Positions 35,526-44,149 of a DNA stretch of 64,000 nucleotides are shown one piece after another. The stretch covers positions 7,808-71,807 of the forward strand of contig DASWWW010000004.1 in assembly GCA_036400935.1 (NCBI GenBank), read 5' to 3'. Position 1 is the first letter of the stretch. Each line of letters begins with the position of its first letter. The stretch comes from Minisyncoccota bacterium. Lineage in GTDB: Bacteria; Patescibacteriota; Minisyncoccia; Phycocordibacterales; UBA6065. The translations under genes were made by a program, and so were the position numbers. The notes under the pieces are model-generated. The model saw nothing but the letters and a program-made list of their open reading frames with translations, ran no database searches and was not told where the DNA came from.

Positions 35526-35550
35526 GGAGCGCGCGGCGCTCCTTTTTTAT
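35524..35550 (+). terminator. rho-independent terminator
   Basis: aggagcgc-gcg-gcgctcct followed by tttttatttt. Confidence 0.8.
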
Positions 35551-35637
35551 TTTCACGAACCTTATCCACACCTTCGCTTTTTCATAGCATATATGCTATA
35601 TTAGTTTTCATATCAATAAGCGGCTTTAACACGTCAC

Positions 35638-37203
35638 ATGACAAAAGAGACCAAACCACAGGCGCTCACGGCTATCGGCGGCATGATCGCCCGACTGCGC
35701 GAGGACAGGCGGATGACCCAGGCGGAGCTCGGCGAGAAGATCGGCACCACCCAGTCGGTCATCGCCCGCATCGAGAAGGGCGAGCAGAACCTCTCGACCG
35801 AGACTTTGGCAAAACTGTCCGAGGCCCTCAATCACGAGATCGTCTCCCTCTCCAAGGGCGGGACGGTCAATTTCCGCATCCAGGGCGGCCACAAGCTTTC
35901 CGGAACCATAAGGGTCAGGAGCTCGAAGAACGGCGCCGTCGGCGTCATGTGCGCGGCCCTTCTCAATAAAGGGACGACCGTCATCAAGAACGCCCCAAAG
36001 ATCGAGGAGGTAAACCGCATCGTCGAAGTGCTCGAGTCGATCGGCGTGAAGGTCGCCTGGACCGGCGGAAAAGACGGAAGCAGCGGCACCGACCTCTCCA
36101 TCACCCCGCCCGAGAAGTTCGCCATGAAGGATATCGCCTACGATTCCGCAGCCAAGACCCGCACCATCATCATGATGATCGGCTCCTTGATCCACCGCAT
36201 GAACAAGTTCAGCCTGCCGCAGGCCGGCGGATGCCGCCTTGGCTCGCGAACGGTCCAGCCGTACTTCTACGCGCTCGAGAACCTCGGCGTCTCTATCGAG
36301 GCAAGCTCTAAATACTACGAGGTCTCGCACGAAGGGCTCAAGAAGAACCGCGAGATCGTCATGTACGAGGCTGGCGACATGGTCACAGAGACCGTGCTCA
36401 TGGCCGCAGCCCTCATCCCAGGTACGACGACCATTAAATTCGCGTCGGCGAACTACCAGGTCCAGGACGTCTGCTTCTACCTCGAGCTCCTCGGCGCAAA
36501 GATCGAGGGCATCGGCACCTCGACCATGATCGTCCACGGCATCGACGCCGGAAAGACCGGACTCAAGAAGGACGTCGAGTACACTGTCTCGGAGGACCCT
36601 ATCGAGGCGATGTCCCTTCTCGCCGTCGCCATCGTCACGAAATCCTCGATCACCATCGAGCGCTGCCCTATCGACTTCCTTCAGCTTGAATTGCTCAAGC
36701 TCGAGAAGATGGGATTCAAATACAAGATCACGAGACGCTACAAGGCGGAAAACGGCAAGACAAACCTCGTCGACATCGTCACGGCGCCTTCAAAGCTGAA
36801 GGCCCTCGGCGAGAAGATCCACGCCCTTCCGTATCCGGGCATCAACATGGACAACCTGCCGTTCTTCGCCGTCATCGGCGCCGTAGCCGAAGGCGAGACC
36901 CTGATCCACGATTGGACGTACGAGGAGCGCGCCATCTATTACAAGGAGCTCGACAAGATGCGAGCGGAAACAATCCTCGCCGATCCGCACCGCTTCTATA
37001 TCAAGGGCCCGACAAAATTCAAGGCGACTGAGCTCGTCTGCCCGCCTGCCCTGCGCCCATCGGTAGTGATCATGATCGCTATGCTCGCGGCAGAAGGCAC
37101 ATCGGTCTTGCGCAACGTCTACAATATCAACCGCGGATACGAGGATCTGGCAGCCCGCCTCAACGCCCTCGGCGCCAAGATCGAGGTCTTCAGGGATCTC
37201 TAA
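35638..37203 (+). CDS. murA: UDP-N-acetylglucosamine 1-carboxyvinyltransferase with an N-terminal XRE-type HTH fusion
   Basis: Residues ~10-65 are LTAIGGMIARLREDRRMTQAELGEKIGTTQSVIARIEKGEQNLSTETLAKLSEAL (HTH_XRE). The MurA core follows from FRIQGGHKLSGTIRVRSSKNGAVGVMCAALL, with the catalytic Cys in LPQAGGCRLGSRTVQP. Confidence 0.85.
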   Translation: MTKETKPQALTAIGGMIARLREDRRMTQAELGEKIGTTQSVIARIEKGEQNLSTETLAKLSEALNHEIVSLSKGGTVNFRIQGGHKLSGTIRVRSSKNGAVGVMCAALLNKGTTVIKNAPKIEEVNRIVEVLESIGVKVAWTGGKDGSSGTDLSITPPEKFAMKDIAYDSAAKTRTIIMMIGSLIHRMNKFSLPQAGGCRLGSRTVQPYFYALENLGVSIEASSKYYEVSHEGLKKNREIVMYEAGDMVTETVLMAAALIPGTTTIKFASANYQVQDVCFYLELLGAKIEGIGTSTMIVHGIDAGKTGLKKDVEYTVSEDPIEAMSLLAVAIVTKSSITIERCPIDFLQLELLKLEKMGFKYKITRRYKAENGKTNLVDIVTAPSKLKALGEKIHALPYPGINMDNLPFFAVIGAVAEGETLIHDWTYEERAIYYKELDKMRAETILADPHRFYIKGPTKFKATELVCPPALRPSVVIMIAMLAAEGTSVLRNVYNINRGYEDLAARLNALGAKIEVFRDL

Positions 37204-37298
37204 TCAGAAATCAGACCGTCCACATAGGCCCAAAACAAGCCCTCTCATAGGACTTGTTTTTATTATAAAAATATGCTATAATAATTATTGCAAGTTCA

Positions 37299-37757
37299 TT
37301 GAACGCTATGGATAAAGGAACTGGCCCGTCTTACGGGTGGGCCGCTTCTTTTATCCATATGAAACTGAGAGAACAGAACTACGAGGGCAATGCCCTCAAA
37401 ATCAAAGGCGCCGCAATAACCTATATCGGCACGAAGAATCTCGAAGAGGAGGCAATAGCCGCCCTCGAGAGATTCGTCAATGGCGATTGGGGCACGACGG
37501 CCACAGCGGCGGCGAACGATGGCTACATCGCCAAACAGCAGGACGGCAGAGTCCTGATGGGCCAATACCCGACAACTGAAAACGGCATGAGCATTGTCAT
37601 CAACGCCGTGACGCTGAAGCCGGGCAACGGCGGGAAGATGGAGGTAAGCCAAGCGATAGTGGGCCAATCGTCCCAGATCGCCAAGGCCGAGCTCAATCTC
37701 GCGACGGGTATGACGGCCGCGGCGGCCAGCTCAACCGCAGGTAGCACTGCAGCCTAA
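37299..37757 (+). CDS. hypothetical protein with Ala/Thr-rich tail
   Basis: 152 aa. A terminator follows. Confidence 0.45.
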   Translation: MNAMDKGTGPSYGWAASFIHMKLREQNYEGNALKIKGAAITYIGTKNLEEEAIAALERFVNGDWGTTATAAANDGYIAKQQDGRVLMGQYPTTENGMSIVINAVTLKPGNGGKMEVSQAIVGQSSQIAKAELNLATGMTAAAASSTAGSTAA

Positions 37758-37775
37758 GGCACTTTACGCCTGTCG

Positions 37776-37811
37776 AGGGTCGAATCGCTTGCGATTCGAC
37801 CCTTTTTTTAT
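37776..37811 (+). terminator. rho-independent terminator
   Basis: gggtcgaatcgc-ttgc-gattcgaccc followed by ttttttttat. Confidence 0.85.
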
Positions 37812-37862
37812 TTCATAAGCCAGCCCGCTTGCCACTTTTTTCAATCCTGCGATACTGGGAGT

Positions 37863-39746
37863 GTGTTTCTGATCAAAGCAATCCCGATCGCCCGAGGAGT
37901 AGGCGTAGACCTGCTCTCATACTGGAGCCCCGAGGCAGCGCCGGCCGGATCTATCATCCGCGTGCCTTTGCGCAAGAGGACCGTCGGCGCCCTCGTCGTA
38001 TCGGTCGACAGCATCCAGGACTCGAAGGCCGAGATCAAGTCTCTCGACTTCGAGATCAAGAAAATCTCGGCGCCGAGCACGCGCTCCGTCATCTCTCCCC
38101 TCTTTTTCAAGACCGCCGAGGAAACCGCGCGCTACTACGCATCGACCGTAGGCAGCGCCCTTTTCGAAATGGTGCCATCGGTCATCCTCTCTGAATACGA
38201 AAAATTGCCCGAGGCAAAAGACGTCGCCAAGAGGAAGAAATCTCGCGAATCATTCGCCCTCCAGAAAAGCGACGAGGACCGCTACGGCCACTACAAAAGC
38301 CTCGTGCGCGAGCGCTTTGCCCGCAAGGAATCCGTCTTCATGGTCATGCCAACCGTCGAGGACATAAAGAAGGCCTGCGCCTATTTCGAGAAGGGCATCG
38401 AGCCCTATACCTACATACTGCACAGCGGCCTCTCTAAAAACGAGATCGTAAAGCGCTGGAAAGCCGCCATCGAGGACAAGCACCCGATCATCATCGTGGC
38501 GACCGGCTCGTTCCTATCCCTGCCTCGTACCGACCTCGGCCTCATCATCGTCGAGCGCGAGAATTCGCGCAGCTACAAGATCCAGTCGCGGCCGTTCCTC
38601 GACTACCGCCTCGTCGCGGAGAAATTCGCCCGGGCGATCGGCGCCGACCTCATATTCGGCGACGCCTGCCTGCGCATCGAGACCCTCTGGCGCGAGGAGG
38701 AGGGCCAGCTCGTCGACTACGCGCCGCTCGCCATGCGCTCGCTCTCGACCGCCCGCGACACGCTCGTAAACATGAAGGCCTACAAGGCGACCGACCACAA
38801 GTTCCGCATCATATCGGACGAATTGATCGAGCTTATAAAAAGGAACCGCGAGGAATCGGGCCACATGTTCGTATTCGCTGGCCGCAAGGGCCTTTCGCCC
38901 CAGACCATATGCGCCGACTGCGAATCGATTCTCACCTGCAACCGCTGCAGCGCGCCGCTGATCCTCCATGGCAAAGACGAAAAGCGCTTCTTCCTCTGCA
39001 ACCGCTGCGGCAAGCGCTTTGACGCCCATACCGTCTGCAAGAGCTGCCAGAGCTGGCGCCTGACGACCCTCGGCATCGGCACGGAACGAATCGAGGAGGA
39101 AATCCTGCGAATCCTGCCAGAATCGCACGTCTTCCGCCTGGACAAGACGTCCGCGCCGACTCACAAGAAAGCCCTCGAAATCGTCGAGGCCTGGTACAAC
39201 GCGCCCGGCTCGATCCTCGTCGGCACCGAGCTCGCCCTCCTCTATCTCGATCGCCCTATCGACTACAGCGCCATAGGCTCGCTCGATGCCCTCTTCTCTA
39301 TACCCGATTTCCGCATCCACGAAAAAATCTTCTTCATCATTGCCCGCCTGCGCTCCGTCACGCAAAAGCATTTCATCCTGCAGACCCGCAACCCCGACGC
39401 GGGCGTGCTCTCGTTCGGCGCAAAGGGCAACATCATCGACTTCTACCGCGAGGAGATCGAGCAGCGACGGCAATTCGGCTTCCCTCCTTTCTCGACGTTT
39501 ATCAAAGTCTCGTACGCGGGCAAGAAAGAGGACGTCATGGGCGCCATGGAAGAGCTCAAGGTAATCCTCGCCGGCTGGACCGTCGACATCTTCCCCGCCT
39601 TCATCGCCACCGTCGACGGCGAGTACATCATGCACGCCCTCCTAAAACTAAATGCCGGCGAATGGCCTCAGCCAGAGCTTTTGGACAAGCTGCGTAGCCT
39701 GCCCCCGTCGTATGCGGTGAATATCGATCCTGAGACGATCCTCTAA
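37863..39746 (+). CDS. priA: primosomal protein N' (PriA)-like with degenerate Walker A/B
   Basis: N-terminal 3'-DNA-binding domain (IRVPLRKRTVGALVV), the HSGLS...W helicase-core landmark, a Cys4 zinc-binding cluster (CADC...CNRC...CNRC...CKSC) and a C-terminal domain. The position of the GxGKT box reads QKSDEDRYGHYKS, and DEEHD is replaced by ERENS. Confidence 0.7.
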   Translation: MFLIKAIPIARGVGVDLLSYWSPEAAPAGSIIRVPLRKRTVGALVVSVDSIQDSKAEIKSLDFEIKKISAPSTRSVISPLFFKTAEETARYYASTVGSALFEMVPSVILSEYEKLPEAKDVAKRKKSRESFALQKSDEDRYGHYKSLVRERFARKESVFMVMPTVEDIKKACAYFEKGIEPYTYILHSGLSKNEIVKRWKAAIEDKHPIIIVATGSFLSLPRTDLGLIIVERENSRSYKIQSRPFLDYRLVAEKFARAIGADLIFGDACLRIETLWREEEGQLVDYAPLAMRSLSTARDTLVNMKAYKATDHKFRIISDELIELIKRNREESGHMFVFAGRKGLSPQTICADCESILTCNRCSAPLILHGKDEKRFFLCNRCGKRFDAHTVCKSCQSWRLTTLGIGTERIEEEILRILPESHVFRLDKTSAPTHKKALEIVEAWYNAPGSILVGTELALLYLDRPIDYSAIGSLDALFSIPDFRIHEKIFFIIARLRSVTQKHFILQTRNPDAGVLSFGAKGNIIDFYREEIEQRRQFGFPPFSTFIKVSYAGKKEDVMGAMEELKVILAGWTVDIFPAFIATVDGEYIMHALLKLNAGEWPQPELLDKLRSLPPSYAVNIDPETIL

Positions 39747-39782
39747 GGCATTTTTGCAATTTCCCCCATTTTATATAGACTG

Positions 39783-40319
39783 GTGTCAATGGTAACCATA
39801 GTTACAAAGGAAAACCCCGTATTGCGTCAGATCGCCAAGCCCGTCACCCCGGACATGCTCGGTACGGCCGCGCTCAAAAAGGTGCTCAAGGACATGAAGA
39901 CCGCCCTTGCCGCCCAGGATGACGGCGTCGCTATCGCCGCTCCGCAAATCGACGTATCCCTCCGCATCTTCGTCGTATCCGGCCGCGTCTTCGAGATGCT
40001 CTACCCTGAAAAGGAGGGCGAGGAGCCAAAGAAGTATCCCGACATGGCATTCATCAATCCCGAGATCGTGAAGCTCTCGAAGGAGCGCGAGGAGATGGAG
40101 GAAGGCTGCCTCTCCGTCCGCTACCTCTATGGCAAGATTTCCCGCGCCAAGAAAGCCAAGGTCCGCGCCATGAACGAGAAGGGCGAGATCTTCGAAGTCG
40201 GCGGATCGGGCCTCCTCGCTCAGATATTCCAGCACGAGACCGACCACCTCGACGGCAAGCTTTTCATCGACAACGCCACCGACATCCACGACGTCCCTCC
40301 GCAGGCAGACAAAGAATAG
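39783..40319 (+). CDS. def: peptide deformylase
   Basis: GVAIAAPQI, EGCLS and HETDHLDG motifs. Confidence 0.9.
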   Translation: MSMVTIVTKENPVLRQIAKPVTPDMLGTAALKKVLKDMKTALAAQDDGVAIAAPQIDVSLRIFVVSGRVFEMLYPEKEGEEPKKYPDMAFINPEIVKLSKEREEMEEGCLSVRYLYGKISRAKKAKVRAMNEKGEIFEVGGSGLLAQIFQHETDHLDGKLFIDNATDIHDVPPQADKE

Positions 40320-40332
40320 GTATACTAAAGCC

Positions 40333-41196
40333 ATGATTCCAAACCCATCTATCCGATTCGCGTTCTTCGGGACACCTGACCGCGCCGTCATCGCCCTCGA
40401 CGCCCTCAAAGCTCGCGGCCTTTCGCCCGCGCTCATCATCACCCAGCCGGACCGCCCTCAGGGACGAAAGCTCGTCATGACAGCTCCCGCCGTCAAAGTC
40501 TGGGCGCAGGAAAAAGGCATCCCTTTCATCCAGCCGACCGACCTTTCCGACGCGTCTTTCCTCAAGACCCTCAAGGACGGCGATTTCGACATGTTTGTCG
40601 TCGTCGCTTACGGCAAGATCCTCAAATCGGAATTGCTCAATATCCCAAAGCACGGCTCGATCAACCTGCACGCGTCCCTCCTTCCCGCTCTCCGCGGCTC
40701 GTGCCCGATCGAGACGGCAATTCTCCAGGATCTGAAAGCGACCGGTTCGACCATCATCAAAATGGACGAAAAGATGGATCACGGCCCGATCCTCGCCCAG
40801 CGCGCTATCGCAGAGAGCAAGATTCCCCAATGGCCCCTGCCCGCTGACGACCTCGCGGCCATTCTCGTAAACGACGGCGGCGATCTCCTCGCCGACGCAA
40901 TCATCGGACTCGCCAATGGCACCATAAAGCCTGTCGAGCAGGACCATTCGAAAGCGACCTACACCAAAATGATCGAGAAAGAGGACGGCCGCATCGACCT
41001 TTCCGCCGACCCATACAAGAATTTCCTCAAATACAATGCCTACAAGGGCTGGCCGGGCTCATTCTTCTTTACCGACAAGAATGTCCGCGTGAATATCACT
41101 GATGCAGCATACGAGAACGGTGAGTTCGTCATAAAGAAAGTCATTCCCGAGGGCAAGAAAGAGATCAGCTGGAAGGAGTTTGAGAAGCAGGCATAG
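40333..41196 (+). CDS. fmt: methionyl-tRNA formyltransferase
   Basis: FFGTPD...INLHASLLPALRG (formyltransferase N-domain) plus a C-terminal domain. Operon with def. Confidence 0.9.
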   Translation: MIPNPSIRFAFFGTPDRAVIALDALKARGLSPALIITQPDRPQGRKLVMTAPAVKVWAQEKGIPFIQPTDLSDASFLKTLKDGDFDMFVVVAYGKILKSELLNIPKHGSINLHASLLPALRGSCPIETAILQDLKATGSTIIKMDEKMDHGPILAQRAIAESKIPQWPLPADDLAAILVNDGGDLLADAIIGLANGTIKPVEQDHSKATYTKMIEKEDGRIDLSADPYKNFLKYNAYKGWPGSFFFTDKNVRVNITDAAYENGEFVIKKVIPEGKKEISWKEFEKQA

Positions 41197-41337
41197 CCTC
41201 CGAAGCCATTAGAGAAACTCCGCAGGCGAGCAGCATGGTTCCGTCAACGGTCCGTCCTTGACGGATGCGAGCCGAGGACAGAACAAAACCACCCGCAGGG
41301 GTGGTTTTGTGTGTTCGATAATGGCTTCGGAGGCTAT
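41193..41337. repeat. 145-nt element with 19-bp perfect inverted-repeat arms (atagcctccgaagccatta / taatggcttcggaggctat) enclosing an intrinsic terminator
   Basis: Arms at 41193-41211 (which overlaps the fmt TAG stop) and 41319-41337. Inside are the hairpin ccgtcaa...ttgacgg and the terminator aaaaccacccgcaggggtggttttgtgtg (41285-41313). Confidence 0.7.
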
Positions 41338-41345
41338 ACCTGATC

Positions 41346-41534
41346 CTACAAATCCTTCAAATAGTCATCTACAGCCTCTTTCCCTACCTGCCTTTCCGAC
41401 AGCGAATCCTGAGTGTCGAAAGCGACCGAAACCAGATAGTACAGGCTTCCCAAAAAGAGAAGGCCGACCGCGCAGAATGTAACGAGGCGCTTATTTATAT
41501 TCTCAAAACGGCTGGTATTCTCGATTGGGTTCAT
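41346..41534 (-). CDS. small membrane protein (62 aa)
   Basis: One TM helix (LVTFCAVGLLFLGSLYYLVSV). Sits downstream of hpf on the same strand. Confidence 0.35.
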   Translation of the reverse strand: MNPIENTSRFENINKRLVTFCAVGLLFLGSLYYLVSVAFDTQDSLSERQVGKEAVDDYLKDL

Positions 41535-41543
41535 TGTTTGCTT

Positions 41544-41927
41544 TTACTGATCGCCCTTTCGCCAAGGGAGTCCCTTGAGCATGTTCTTCAGCTTGAGGCC
41601 GGAGCGTCGCACGACGTCGAGCTTCTTGGCCTTCTTGGTACGGAGCATTTCTCCGAGCTCGTCCTTCACAGCGGTCAGGGCGACGTACAGGTCCTCGCGC
41701 TCGGCCTCTACGCGCAATGTGCCGACGCCTGATCGGAAATTGATCTCAGCACGGAATATATCGCCCGATCGGTGATGATTGGTTGTCTTTGATACTTCGA
41801 CTTCGGCCAATGCGGAGGTATCGGCTGGATCGACATAGCGGGAAATAGCCTCGACAACCTTGTCTACGGCGCTGTCGATGGCAGGGGTAAGCTCAAGTCC
41901 GGTTCCTTTTACGATTTTTTGTACCAT
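41544..41927 (-). CDS. hpf: ribosome hibernation promoting factor (HPF/RaiA family)
   Basis: 127 aa, with the RaiA/HPF family pattern ...AIDSAVDKVVEAISRY... and the beta-alpha-beta-beta-beta-alpha fold. Confidence 0.85.
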   Translation of the reverse strand: MVQKIVKGTGLELTPAIDSAVDKVVEAISRYVDPADTSALAEVEVSKTTNHHRSGDIFRAEINFRSGVGTLRVEAEREDLYVALTAVKDELGEMLRTKKAKKLDVVRRSGLKLKNMLKGLPWRKGDQ

Positions 41928-41962
41928 AAGTGGATGTATTAAACCTTCCTAATTAGTATACG

Positions 41963-42388
41963 CTATTTGACCCTCCTGTTTAAGTAGGTGATGGTGAGCT
42001 GAAGTGCCGTCGCAAAGCAGACCCATAGCACGTATGGGATCTGGATGTATGCCACCCAAGGAGCGTGCGGGTATATGGCGATTGCGGCCCAAATCAGCGT
42101 GCCAAGGACGAGCAAGATGTCGATCGAAGCCAGGAAATTGCTCTTCAGCTTGAACTGAATCGGTGTAAAGGCGAAATTGAAGACGATATTGAGCACGAAC
42201 GGCAAGACTACGACGAGCGGCAGCATGTCGGCAATGCCCTTCCAGAAGACCCAGCCGAACGATATGGCAATCAGCACATATAGGAAAGCCCACACGGGCC
42301 CGAACAGCCACGAAGGCGGCGCCCATTCCGGCTTATCAAGGATCGCGTACCAGTCTTTCTCGTCGTTTCTGTGATGGTGGACTTTCAT
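41963..42388 (-). CDS. tspO: TspO/MBR family tryptophan-rich sensory protein
   Basis: KPEWAPPSWLFGPVWAFLY and five TM helices. Start placed at MKVHHH. Confidence 0.75.
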   Translation of the reverse strand: MKVHHHRNDEKDWYAILDKPEWAPPSWLFGPVWAFLYVLIAISFGWVFWKGIADMLPLVVVLPFVLNIVFNFAFTPIQFKLKSNFLASIDILLVLGTLIWAAIAIYPHAPWVAYIQIPYVLWVCFATALQLTITYLNRRVK

Positions 42389-42456
42389 AAATGATGTGCC
42401 GCACATGCGGTCGAAATAATTACACTGCGGTCACGGCATAAAGTATAATAAAAAGC

Positions 42457-42849
42457 ATGAAAAGAAACACGTATATCATTGGCGGTGCGATACTCGTCCT
42501 AGCGGCGGCATTCAGTGCCTATTCCCTCATGCGGGAGCCTGATGTAGCGGCGCCCGTAGCGGCAAACACAGACGGCGCGAAATTCTCGGGCAAGATAACC
42601 GCGGTCGAGACGGGCTGCTATTACGACGCGACCTGCAGCGTGACTATCGGCGGCAAGAAGGTCATCGTCACCACGGGCGGGCGCGGACCATGGCAGGAAA
42701 AGCCGGTGGGCCGCATCCTCGGCGCGGACTCCATCGGCGACCTCGAGTCGCGCATCGGCGACAGGGCGAACGTCTATGCCACCACGACCGAGACTGGCGA
42801 CTACACCCTCTACGGCGACACGAATTTCTATATCGAAGTCGAAAAGTAG
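42457..42849 (+). CDS. secreted hypothetical protein
   Basis: N-terminal TM/signal peptide. A terminator follows. Confidence 0.5.
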   Translation: MKRNTYIIGGAILVLAAAFSAYSLMREPDVAAPVAANTDGAKFSGKITAVETGCYYDATCSVTIGGKKVIVTTGGRGPWQEKPVGRILGADSIGDLESRIGDRANVYATTTETGDYTLYGDTNFYIEVEK

Positions 42850-42865
42850 CCTGCCTCGCAGCAAG

Positions 42866-42898
42866 CGAAAAGCCCGCCTTACGGCGGGCTTTTTTTTG
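42866..42898. terminator. bidirectional rho-independent terminator
   Basis: aaagcccgcc-ttac-ggcgggcttttttttt. Confidence 0.85.
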
Positions 42899-42901
42899 AT
42901 C

Positions 42902-43300
42902 CTACAAAACCGCGGCTCTCAAAGCCGGAATGATGCCTTCCTGATGGAAACCAAGCTTAATTTTTTCAATTTCACCAATAGTCATCCAGCTCATTGCCAG
43001 ACCCTCCTGCAATTTTGGATCCTGACCGGCAGCAATCTTACAGAGATAAACCTTTAATGGGTAAGGACCGTCACTGTAGTCCATCAGGTAGAAGCATTGA
43101 TCGGGCTTCAGATCAATATCATATTCCTCCTTTACTTCCCGAAGCAGGGTAGCCTCATAGCTTTCACCCTTTTCACTTCCTCCTCCCGGCAGGCACCACA
43201 TAAACGGAAATCTGGCGCAATTCCCGTCACGCTGTTGCATAAGAACCTTATTGTCTCGAATCAGTGCGAATACGACTCCTGTTTCTTCCATAATTTCCAA
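42902..43300 (-). CDS. NUDIX hydrolase
   Basis: Nudix box GGGSEKGESYEATLLREVKEEYDI (GX5EX7REUXEEXGU). Confidence 0.8.
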   Translation of the reverse strand: MEIMEETGVVFALIRDNKVLMQQRDGNCARFPFMWCLPGGGSEKGESYEATLLREVKEEYDIDLKPDQCFYLMDYSDGPYPLKVYLCKIAAGQDPKLQEGLAMSWMTIGEIEKIKLGFHQEGIIPALRAAVL

Positions 43301-43310
43301 AACTTTTAAG

Positions 43311-44105
43311 TTACTCGCGAATCCATCCTCCCAGCCATGTCAGCGGAAATGCCGTAACCGCAATGGCAATCGGATACCAGTGCTGCGAGAGATTCCATCC
43401 GTAAAAGACACCAGCGATGCCGGCAACCGTACCGATGGACGCGAGAATCACGACATTGTGTCGAGCGTGCTGCGATGAGGGCCGCGCTGTAACATATCCG
43501 CCCAATACGGTGTATACGCAACGGTATGCCAGCGCGAGAGCGAGCATCCATGTGATGAAAAGCCCCTCGCCTGGAGCCGGGAATACGCCGACTTTCTCGA
43601 GAGCCATGTCAGTGACAGTAGAAAGGAGCGCGACAGTAACGAATCCCGCGAATACGGCGCCCGCAGACTTGAGGACCACTTTCATTCCCCCGCCATTCGA
43701 TTCTGCATACGACTTGAAATTGTCGAGAATGGCCTGCCAGCCCGCCTTCTGCATTTCCGCAGGATTGACCTTCTCGGGATCGAACGTCTCGACAATAGCC
43801 ACGCCATCCTCCTCGTCGATAAAGTCTATGCGCGCCATGCGGCCGTCGTCCATGCGGTACTCGATCTTGCTGAATTGCTCGATAGTCGTGTACGTGCCGC
43901 CAAAATCGAATCCCGCGCTGCCGTCCTTGGCCTCCATGCGGCTCGTGAACCTGCCGCCGATCTTCAGATTGTTGATCGCCCGAGGGGTGTGCCAGTCCGG
44001 CGACGCGTTATTCCACTTTTCAATATGCTTTGCCTCCGTCCAGAACGCCCAGACCTTTTCGATCGGGGCCTTTACCTTGGTCTCTACCGTTATTTTTTGA
44101 TTCAT
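43311..44105 (-). CDS. SRPBCC (AHSA1/polyketide-cyclase-like) domain fused to a C-terminal 4-TM membrane domain
   Basis: N-terminus VETKVKAPIEKVWAFWTEAKHIEKW...GGRFTSRMEAKDGSAGFDFGGTYTTIEQ is AHSA1-like. The C-terminal half has several TM helices. Confidence 0.6.
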   Translation of the reverse strand: MNQKITVETKVKAPIEKVWAFWTEAKHIEKWNNASPDWHTPRAINNLKIGGRFTSRMEAKDGSAGFDFGGTYTTIEQFSKIEYRMDDGRMARIDFIDEEDGVAIVETFDPEKVNPAEMQKAGWQAILDNFKSYAESNGGGMKVVLKSAGAVFAGFVTVALLSTVTDMALEKVGVFPAPGEGLFITWMLALALAYRCVYTVLGGYVTARPSSQHARHNVVILASIGTVAGIAGVFYGWNLSQHWYPIAIAVTAFPLTWLGGWIRE

Positions 44106-44149
44106 ATATGTGTACGAATAAGTCTATTTCATCTTTCAGCCTTTGGCCA

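Noticed and set aside
35626-36537. 303-aa minus-strand ORF, and similar long antisense ORFs at 38514..39635, 18302..19603, 26883..27776 and 51246..52094
   Set aside because: High-GC antisense frames of well-supported genes (murA, priA, ftsI/ftsL, mreC, GT2-GTC fusion). They are low-complexity, Arg/Asp/Gly-rich translations with no motifs.
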